Shown: piece after piece, positions 56,560 to 64,000 of the stretch | How positions within the stretch are numbered: the stretch's first letter is position 1 | Layout of the letters: the number at the start of each line of letters is the position of its first letter | Assembly: GCA_026398415.1 (NCBI GenBank) | Contig: JAPLSY010000030.1 | Coordinates: 21,306 to 85,305 of the forward strand | DNA: 64,000 bases | Reading direction: 5' to 3' | Source: Kiritimatiellota bacterium | GTDB lineage: Bacteria; Verrucomicrobiota; Kiritimatiellia; JAAZAB01 | Translations under genes and position numbers: made by a program | The notes under the pieces: model-generated | What the model was told of the DNA's origin: nothing | Databases searched by the model: none | Seen by the model: the letters and a program-made list of their open reading frames with translations, nothing else

Positions 56560-56580
56560 GTTGAATCTCGGCAACAACTC

Positions 56581-56671
56581 ACCACGGATTACACGGATAG
56601 CACGGATACAGACGAAGCTATATAAATACATGGATTTCCATCTTATCAGTGTTATCCGTGATATCCGCGGT
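56581..56671. repeat. REP-like hairpin with arms made of three 9-nt units each
   Basis: CACGGATTA CACGGATAG CACGGATAC ... TTATCAGTG TTATCCGTG ATATCCGCG. Confidence 0.75.
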
Positions 56672-56695
56672 AAAAAATGTCTTTAGGAATCTCGT

Positions 56696-57853
56696 ATGAA
56701 AATCGTTTGCTCCACCAATATTCCCTATGCCGAAGAGGCTTTCCGACCGCTGGGCGACCTGACAATCCTAGCGCCGCAGGAAATAACGGCCGCTCGCGTC
56801 CGGGACGCGGATGTGCTCGTGATTCGCTCCACCCTGCGCGCGAACCGCGCCCTGCTGGAGGGCAGTCGCGTCCGGTTTGTCGGTACGGCCACGATCGGGA
56901 CCGACCACCTGGACCAGGCTTACCTCAATCAGGCCGGCATCACTTGGTGTGCGGCGCCCGGCTGTAACGCCAACAGCGTCTCGGAATACGTGACCACCGC
57001 CCTGCTGTGCCTGGGTCAGCGTCACGGCTTTACATTGGAGGGTAAAACGATTGGCGTGGTGGGCATCGGCAATGTGGGCCGGCTCGTGGTGCAAAAGGCG
57101 CAGGCCCTGGGTCTGCGCGTCCTGCAGAACGATCCGCCCCGGCGCGCGGCCGAAAATAATCCGATCTTCCTGCCGTTGGAGCAGTTGCTGGCCGAAGCCG
57201 ATATCCTGACCTTGCACGTGCCTCTGACCAAAACCGGCCCCTACCCCACCTGGCACCTGGCCGATCGGCGTTTATTCGAACGGCTTAAACCTGGCATCGT
57301 ATGGCTTAACGCGGCGCGCGGCGCTGCCATGGATTCGGATGCATTTTTAGAAGCGCGCGCGAATGGCAGGATGGCCTGTGCCGTGCTGGATACTTGGGAA
57401 GGCGAACCCGCGTTCCGGACCGACGTGCTGGCAAAGGCGGATATCGCCACGCCGCATATTGCCGGTCATTCCTTCGAGGGCAAGGTCATGGGCACCGTCA
57501 TGATGTATCAGGCCGTGTGCCGGTTCCTGGGCATTGAGCCGACCTGGACACCGGAAGGCCTATTGCCGCCGCCAATCGTTCCGGAAATTCGCCTGGACCC
57601 CGCGGGCTTAAGCGAGGAAGCGGCCTTGTGGCGGATTGTGCGGCCGGTTTACGATATCGAGGCCGATGACCAGTGCCTGCGCGCGGGCGCCGCAGCGGAT
57701 CCCAAGACGCGCGGCAAGCACTTTGAACAGTTGCGTAAGAATTATCCCATCCGCCGGGAGTTCCGGTTCACGCGCGTGGTGCTTCCCCAGGGATATCTCC
57801 GGCTGGAAGCCAAAATCCGCGACCTGGGCTTTATGCTGGCCAAGCGCACCTAA
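56696..57853 (+). CDS. pdxB: 4-phosphoerythronate dehydrogenase
   Basis: VRFVGTATIGTDHLD, APGCNANSVSEY, GIGNVG, TLHVPL, NAARG, LDTWEGEP, TPHIAGHSFEGK. Confidence 0.92.
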   Translation: MKIVCSTNIPYAEEAFRPLGDLTILAPQEITAARVRDADVLVIRSTLRANRALLEGSRVRFVGTATIGTDHLDQAYLNQAGITWCAAPGCNANSVSEYVTTALLCLGQRHGFTLEGKTIGVVGIGNVGRLVVQKAQALGLRVLQNDPPRRAAENNPIFLPLEQLLAEADILTLHVPLTKTGPYPTWHLADRRLFERLKPGIVWLNAARGAAMDSDAFLEARANGRMACAVLDTWEGEPAFRTDVLAKADIATPHIAGHSFEGKVMGTVMMYQAVCRFLGIEPTWTPEGLLPPPIVPEIRLDPAGLSEEAALWRIVRPVYDIEADDQCLRAGAAADPKTRGKHFEQLRKNYPIRREFRFTRVVLPQGYLRLEAKIRDLGFMLAKRT

Positions 57854-58038
57854 CCGCAAACATCTTGCATTGCCCTGGAAAAATATCAGGCATGCAAAAT
57901 AATGTTCACAATCGACTTGTTATGGTTGCGGGATATGATAATTTGTTATCTGTTTTGAATAAAAAAAGCCTTTGGCCATAAATACACGGCATGGAAACGA
58001 AAAACGGAAGCCGCCTGATGGCATGAAGGAGGAGCAGC

Positions 58039-60768
58039 TTGAAAAGACAGTTGATAACCAGAGGATTTAACGATTTTTCCAAGGGTACACTCGGTAATGG
58101 TGGACATAACCTCTATGTGTCCCGCAAAGGAATATTGCAGCGCATCCACCAGACCGATGTTACCCGCAATGGTTATGTTGATTTAGTCTTCTGCAATTCC
58201 CAGAAGCACGAGGAGAATGTCCCGGTATATCTTTATCCCGACCCGGTCCATTTTCCCGAACAAAGGCAAGAACTTTTCATCCGCGGGTCATGGTGCGCGG
58301 AAGTCGCGGATATCAGCGGCGCCGGTTATGATGATCTGGTTGTCGGCTGCGCATGGGACGGGGTAAACCCGCAACTTAACGCGGCCATCCTCTATGGCGC
58401 CAAGGAAGGCCTGACCAATAAATACCTGGATTTTTTACCGGCGCCCAAATCATCCGCGGTAGCCGCGGGTGATTTCAAAGGCACCGGCAAAACAAGCCTG
58501 GCGTTCATTTCGGAGGGGAAAATCAAGGTTTTTTACCAGGGGGACAAGGGGTTCCCAATCGGCGTATACGAGGCACATGACTTCCCCGAGGCGGAGCAAA
58601 TTGCCGCCGTTTGGGACGTTAAAGGCAGAACACATCATCTTTTAATTAAAAAAGCCGACGGCAGTTGTTTCATAATCAAAGCATCATCAAATGGTCTCGA
58701 TTTTAAAAACGGTCCCGCAAAATTATGCGATAAAGACCCGGATTATAAGCCGGTTGTCAGACCCGATGAAACATATCTCCAGGTAGTGAAAGATTGTTCT
58801 TCCCGGCTCCAGACACTGGCGCTAAAACTGAAAGATACAGGTGAAACACAAACTTATGTATTCGTTGCCCATAAGAACAAGTGTTTTCTCTATCCCTATG
58901 CAGACTTCAAATTTGGCGCGCCCTTGGTTTTCAACTGTGAAAACGCGCGCGCCGTAGCGAGTGGCGACATCGACAAAAACGGTTTTACCGATCTTGTTTT
59001 TGCCTGCCGGGATACCACGATCGGCAAGGAGGTGTCCTGGATTTATTATGGAGATGAAAGCGGCTGGAATGAAAAAAACCGGCGTGCCTTGAACACATTT
59101 AATGCTTGCGATGTTGCCGTGGCTAATTTCAGCGGCCAGGGCTATCAGGACATTGTAATCGGCCAGGGCAATACGGACGAGTCTTATACCTGCCAAACGC
59201 TCATTTTCTGTACGAATGCCAGCGGACTTTCAAAGGAGCCGCTACGGCTTCTGGCCCATAATCCCACACGCGCACTGGTTGTCCGTGCAGGCAAGGAAAA
59301 GAAACCGCAACTGGTTGTTCTAAACCGGCACAGCGGGTCGCGGATTGGCAATGGCGATATATTCATTTATCCCGGTGGGCCCGCGGGATTTACCAAAGCG
59401 AATCGCATCAGCCTCCAATCCTGGGGCGCCAGCGATATGGTTTGCTGTGATTTAAATGATAGCGGGCACCCCGACTTAGTATTTGCGAATACTGCCGAAC
59501 TTTCACCGTGGCTCGACCCGGGCTCCTACATATTCAAAGGCTCGCAAAAAGGATATAGTTATACTCCCGACTTTATTCTGCCCACCGCAAGAGCAACAAA
59601 TTTAATTGCCGGAGACTTTAATCGAGACGGGTTTCTCGATCTGGCGATTACCGGTTTCGATAACTCCCACATGGCGATATTTTATGGATCAGAAAAGGGG
59701 TTCCTTCCTGAAAACAGCGTTAAAGTAAAGCTGGAATACAAGGGGAAAAAATATAAAGAACCACACGGAACATTTTGCGCCGATCTGAATAATGACGGCT
59801 GGCTGGATATTTTCATTCCCATGATTGATGGAAATGAGAGTTTCATATTATGGGGCGGCCCGAAGGGGTATAGTTTTGACAATACCCAGGTTCTCAATAT
59901 CCGCCATGCTACTAATGTAAAAGTTGCCGATCTTAATAAAGATGGTTATCCCGAGCTCATAGTTGGCGGATTTGTCCATGCCCTTACCGCTCTTCAGGAG
60001 GCCTTCGTATATATATACTGGGGGTCAGCCGAGGGGTACAGCGAAAACAGGAAAACACTTCTGCCGGCCTACGCTGTGGGGTCTTTAGCAATAGCCGACT
60101 TTGATAATGACGGCTGGCTGGATATTTTTGTGTCTTCGTACCAGGACGGCAAGATGCGAGACCTTGATTCCTTCATCTACTGGAACCAGAAGGAAAAGGG
60201 GTTCTTGCCGCATAAACGGAAATTACTGCGTACCCATGCGGGGACGGGTAATATTGCCGCCGATTTTAACGAAGACGGTTGGATTGATCTGGCCGTTGCC
60301 AATCATAAAGTCGACGGCGATCATATCTGTAACTCCACGGTCTGGTATAACGGCCCCGACGGGTTTGATGAAAAAAACACGATCAACCTGCCATCCGAAG
60401 GCATTCACGGCATGGGTAATGTTGACGTCGGCAATGTCATGGACCGGGGCCCGGACGAGTATTATACATCCATGCCATTTGAGCTCGACGAGGAATGCGG
60501 CATTACTTCGTTCGAATGTGTTGCCGATATTCCGCCTAAGACCTGGGTGAAAGCGCAATTCCGCCTGGCCGATTCCAGGGACACATTGGAAAGAACTTTC
60601 TGGCAGGGCCCTGTCGGCAGAGGCAGTTGGTTCAACATCGGGGAGCGGGTAGATAAAACATTGTTTCGAGGAAAATGGGTGCAGTACCGGCTGGCTGTTG
60701 GAGCCTATAATTCGCTCAATACGCCGCGGATCAGTCAAATCATTGTAAATCTGGAAACAATGCAATGA
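58039..60768 (+). CDS. FG-GAP/VCBS repeat beta-propeller protein with C-terminal beta domain
   Basis: Many D(L/F)NxDGxxDL repeats; no obvious signal peptide. Confidence 0.85.
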   Translation: MKRQLITRGFNDFSKGTLGNGGHNLYVSRKGILQRIHQTDVTRNGYVDLVFCNSQKHEENVPVYLYPDPVHFPEQRQELFIRGSWCAEVADISGAGYDDLVVGCAWDGVNPQLNAAILYGAKEGLTNKYLDFLPAPKSSAVAAGDFKGTGKTSLAFISEGKIKVFYQGDKGFPIGVYEAHDFPEAEQIAAVWDVKGRTHHLLIKKADGSCFIIKASSNGLDFKNGPAKLCDKDPDYKPVVRPDETYLQVVKDCSSRLQTLALKLKDTGETQTYVFVAHKNKCFLYPYADFKFGAPLVFNCENARAVASGDIDKNGFTDLVFACRDTTIGKEVSWIYYGDESGWNEKNRRALNTFNACDVAVANFSGQGYQDIVIGQGNTDESYTCQTLIFCTNASGLSKEPLRLLAHNPTRALVVRAGKEKKPQLVVLNRHSGSRIGNGDIFIYPGGPAGFTKANRISLQSWGASDMVCCDLNDSGHPDLVFANTAELSPWLDPGSYIFKGSQKGYSYTPDFILPTARATNLIAGDFNRDGFLDLAITGFDNSHMAIFYGSEKGFLPENSVKVKLEYKGKKYKEPHGTFCADLNNDGWLDIFIPMIDGNESFILWGGPKGYSFDNTQVLNIRHATNVKVADLNKDGYPELIVGGFVHALTALQEAFVYIYWGSAEGYSENRKTLLPAYAVGSLAIADFDNDGWLDIFVSSYQDGKMRDLDSFIYWNQKEKGFLPHKRKLLRTHAGTGNIAADFNEDGWIDLAVANHKVDGDHICNSTVWYNGPDGFDEKNTINLPSEGIHGMGNVDVGNVMDRGPDEYYTSMPFELDEECGITSFECVADIPPKTWVKAQFRLADSRDTLERTFWQGPVGRGSWFNIGERVDKTLFRGKWVQYRLAVGAYNSLNTPRISQIIVNLETMQ

Positions 60769-60837
60769 TTAACTGAATGCATGCTTGTCCAAAGCAACTT
60801 TCAAAAACAATAATAAGCATCATTAGCTCTGTGCCGT

Positions 60838-62235
60838 ATGATGAAAACACAATCTTTGCAACGGATGTTGATCGGGTTGGTGCTGGCGATGACTTTGGTG
60901 GCACCGTGGGCATCGGCATCGACAAATTATTACGTGGTGGCGCCGGGCCAATCGACGCCGACCCCGCCGTGGACCAACTGGGGATGGGCCCACACCAATC
61001 TGATCGAAGTCGTTGCCGCCGCCCGCGACAACGACACGGTGTATGTTACCAACAACGCCACCTATTGGCTCACTAATCAAATAGCCGTCACATATGCCAT
61101 TACGGTGCGCAGTTGGGGGCCGGGCGGAATCCTGGACCCGACCAATACGATCCTGAGTGGCAGATATCCCGGCGCAACCAACCGACATTTTCAGCTTAAC
61201 AATGCAGGGGCCGCCGTGGCGGGTTTTACGCTCAAGAAGGGGTGCGAGATCTACGGCGGGTCAATCTGGTTGCAGAATGGAATGGTAACGAATTGCACGA
61301 TCGTGAGCAACTTTGCGTATACCTCCCTGGAGGTTCAGGGTAACGACAAAAGGGGTGGAGGTGGTGTGCATATGGAAGGCAGTAGTGGCGGCGTGTGGAA
61401 TTGTGTATTTAGCGGCAACACGGCAACAAACTCGGGAGCAGGGATTTGTATCAAGTCTGGGGGGCCTTGGCGGATTGCAAGTTGCAGAATCTCCGGCGGT
61501 AACGCACTAATAAGTGGCGGCGGAATTTATGCCGGTCCGGGAGGCGCCGGTGCGATAATCAGCAATTGCTGGGTTGTATCCAATTACTCGCCCTGGTACG
61601 CCGGCGGTATACATCTGGCTAATTGCGCGGAATGCCATAATTCCTTTATCATGGGAAATTCGGTTGATCTCTATGAAGGGGGTGGCATTCGTATGAGCGC
61701 GGGTGCCTTGGTCAGAAATTGCTTGATTGTTAATAATATTACGCAAAAAAGTCATGGTGGCGGCGTCGATGCTAGAGTTAATGCTTCAATTCAAAACTGC
61801 ACGATTGCCAGTAACGAAGCGACACTTAAGGAGGGCGGTGGAATCAATCTTGACGGTTCATATTCAGCGCAGCTCGAAAACACCATAATATGGGGCAATA
61901 GTGGAAGCGGAACTGCCTCTAACTGGTACATATATCCGACTGGTAGTGGCACGAATACATTTACCAACTGCTGCACCGCGCCGGATATTGCTGGTGTCGG
62001 TGCTTATACTGCCACCGAGGTCAATACCATCACCAACGATCCGCGATTTGTGAATAACGCCACTGATTTCCGCCTGCAACCGGATTCGCCCTGTATCAAT
62101 GCCGGGGTAAATCGGGCCTGGATGGATGGTGCACAGGACTTGGACGGCTATCGGCGTATTGATAATTTCCGTAAAACCGTTGATATCGGCGCCTATGAAC
62201 ACCTTGGTCGAGGCACAGTATTCAAAATCCATTAA
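60838..62235 (+). CDS. Secreted right-handed beta-helix protein with choice-of-anchor-Q-like C-terminus
   Basis: Signal peptide, GGG-x-x-x...NC repeats, DPRFV...DFRLQPDSPCINAG, VDIGAYE. Confidence 0.85.
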   Translation: MMKTQSLQRMLIGLVLAMTLVAPWASASTNYYVVAPGQSTPTPPWTNWGWAHTNLIEVVAAARDNDTVYVTNNATYWLTNQIAVTYAITVRSWGPGGILDPTNTILSGRYPGATNRHFQLNNAGAAVAGFTLKKGCEIYGGSIWLQNGMVTNCTIVSNFAYTSLEVQGNDKRGGGGVHMEGSSGGVWNCVFSGNTATNSGAGICIKSGGPWRIASCRISGGNALISGGGIYAGPGGAGAIISNCWVVSNYSPWYAGGIHLANCAECHNSFIMGNSVDLYEGGGIRMSAGALVRNCLIVNNITQKSHGGGVDARVNASIQNCTIASNEATLKEGGGINLDGSYSAQLENTIIWGNSGSGTASNWYIYPTGSGTNTFTNCCTAPDIAGVGAYTATEVNTITNDPRFVNNATDFRLQPDSPCINAGVNRAWMDGAQDLDGYRRIDNFRKTVDIGAYEHLGRGTVFKIH

Positions 62236-62333
62236 TGATCTATAAGCCGTTCCGTTACGGACTATGGAGTGAACGATTTAATTCTTATAACTGCTCGGGC
62301 ATCTTTTCCGGAGAATAGGACAAGGAGCACGCA

Positions 62334-63746
62334 ATGAAACAGAAATCCATTTTGATAATCGTTATCCTGGTCGGCCTGATCGTATTCTGGTTGGCAGGCC
62401 GTGACCTGCGTCACGAACAGGGACGGATTATTGGCGCGGCCAGGCGCATTTTCATGGTCGCGGCCGACAAAAAACCAGTTGCTGTCGCCTCGTCGCTCAA
62501 AACTAACTACGACTTGCGCATCCTGGACCGGGAAATTCACTATCCCTTCGGGCCGCAATCAGCTGTTCGTCCGATACCAATGCCGGAAACCGCCCTGTTG
62601 CCGAGCTTGCCCCCTCTTCCGAAAACCATTTCTTCGCCATATCCGTGGGAGAGCATCGAAAATGTTTATTTGAATAACGCCCGCCATCTTTCGGCCGGTA
62701 AATACCAGGAACCGGATAAACCCTGGATTCTCCAGTTGGGTGAACTTTGTCCGGGCGTTACCGATACGCCGACTTCCGGACACTACAAAATCTGGTACCG
62801 GGTCTCCCGTGATGGCGGCAAAACTTCCGGGGAGTTAAAACCGCTTGTCCAACAAGGCAAGCCATACAACCCGGTACATCCCCTGGATGGTATTTGGGCG
62901 GACAAAAATCCCGCCTGCACTAGCGCTTTCGGACCAATCGTGCGCGCCACCAACGGCGAGATCATGGTGCCGATAACTTCCAGTGTACTCGGCAAGGACG
63001 GCTTGCCGGAAAACCCCTTGAATGCCTTTTTCTTCAGTTATGCCGGCGTGCTCATCGGCCGCTGGGTTGAAGACGGGAGCGACCTGACCTGGAATTACAG
63101 CCGGGTGGGCATAGATGCCCGACTCTCCACCCGCGGACTTTACGAACCAACGATTGTCGAACTGAAACGCAAAGGTGAATTTATGATGGTTGCCCGCGGC
63201 TCAAACGATCGGGGGATTTACAAATACGAGGCGTTTCCCGGCGGCCGTTTCAAATATACCTGTACCGGTGTCCGCGATCTAAAATCCAGAGTTGCCGGAC
63301 GCAAGTGGATCAGTTTTTCAAAAGATTACTGCCGGACCTGGAGCGAACCGAAGCATTTAACCTACTCCGACGGCACGGAATTCTTCAGCCCCAGTGCTTG
63401 TTCTACGCTGATCCGTTCCCGAAAAAACGATCGGATTTACTGGATCGGCAATATTTGCCCGGAAAACCCGGACGGTAACAACCCGCGTTACCCGCTGATT
63501 ATAGGAAAAATTGACGAGAAAAGCTGCGGCCTGATCAAGGCAAGCGTGCTGGTCCTGGACACCCTGAACCCGGAGCACGATACGCCGAGGATGGAATTAT
63601 CCAACTTCCTTGTTTACGAAGACCCCCAGACCGGTAATATTTGTGTGGAATTATACCGCTTGGACTATACGCAGGCGGAGGCGTACACGGAGTCATGGCA
63701 GAAACTGGCCCGCTGCTGGTATCTGATCGGTGTGCCTGCTTCATAA
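62334..63746 (+). CDS. Sialidase/BNR (Asp-box) family protein with N-terminal anchor
   Basis: SRDGGKT and SKDYCRTWS Asp-boxes, RGLYEPT, PRYPL. Confidence 0.75.
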   Translation: MKQKSILIIVILVGLIVFWLAGRDLRHEQGRIIGAARRIFMVAADKKPVAVASSLKTNYDLRILDREIHYPFGPQSAVRPIPMPETALLPSLPPLPKTISSPYPWESIENVYLNNARHLSAGKYQEPDKPWILQLGELCPGVTDTPTSGHYKIWYRVSRDGGKTSGELKPLVQQGKPYNPVHPLDGIWADKNPACTSAFGPIVRATNGEIMVPITSSVLGKDGLPENPLNAFFFSYAGVLIGRWVEDGSDLTWNYSRVGIDARLSTRGLYEPTIVELKRKGEFMMVARGSNDRGIYKYEAFPGGRFKYTCTGVRDLKSRVAGRKWISFSKDYCRTWSEPKHLTYSDGTEFFSPSACSTLIRSRKNDRIYWIGNICPENPDGNNPRYPLIIGKIDEKSCGLIKASVLVLDTLNPEHDTPRMELSNFLVYEDPQTGNICVELYRLDYTQAEAYTESWQKLARCWYLIGVPAS

Positions 63747-63768
63747 CGCCGAAAGTACGATTAAAAAA

Positions 63769-64000
63769 ATGAAGCCCGCCATGAACCGAATGGATGATTT
63801 TCGCCCGATACCTTTTTATTTCTTGAACACCACGCGCCGCAACGAGTTGAGCCGGGAAGGCGCCGCCGCCGGCATGCAGCAGCTTAAATCCGAAGGTTTC
63901 GGCGGATGCATCCTTTTCAATAAGCCGCCGACCGGTTTCAATCCGGAAGAGTATCTTTCGGACTACTGGTTCGAAGTCACGGAAAACTTCATCCTCGCCG
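63769..64000 (+). CDS. 5' fragment of a putative glycoside hydrolase (GH106/alpha-L-rhamnosidase-like N-terminus); runs off the window
   Basis: RPIPFYFLN...MQQLKSEGFGG...YLSDYWF. Confidence 0.55.
   Translation, partial: MKPAMNRMDDFRPIPFYFLNTTRRNELSREGAAAGMQQLKSEGFGGCILFNKPPTGFNPEEYLSDYWFEVTENFILA

Overview
Bacterial genomic window, mostly ~55-65% GC. The paralogue repertoire (GntR-LacI hybrid regulator, choice-of-anchor-Q and FG-GAP secreted proteins, three UroD-fold proteins) suggests an anaerobic PVC-group organism such as Kiritimatiellia/Lentisphaerae; this is inference only. The left third is dominated by a 13-kb minus-strand operon: hdrA-like, hdrA/mvhD fusion, metV, metF, hdrC (no hdrB), large two-flavin hdrA, mvhD, mvhG, mvhA (group 3c [NiFe] hydrogenase), maturation protease, flavodoxin-like protein. 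Next come a PocR-AraC regulator with a second MetF-like gene and an OFA-family transporter, thiF-thiS and thiG separated by a cusCBA-type efflux block, and a cobalamin methyl-transfer cluster (corrinoid protein, pterin-binding methyltransferase, second PocR-AraC, UroD/MtaA-fold proteins, sugar-type oxidoreductases). The three promoters driving these modules share a 21-bp-spaced direct repeat. Together they suggest a co-regulated B12-dependent demethylation pathway feeding an H2-linked, HdrB-less methylene-THF reductase complex. The right half holds carbohydrate-active and secreted repeat proteins, cstA-kdsD-pdxB, an IS remnant and a 4.6-kb segment flanked by 125-bp direct repeats with a chimeric pseudogene. 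Non-coding DNA carries four copies of a 34-42-bp palindrome (two bracketing a Cys-less ArsR-like gene), in-phase 7-nt repeat arrays, and a 9-nt-unit hairpin. No rRNA, tRNA or CRISPR array was seen.
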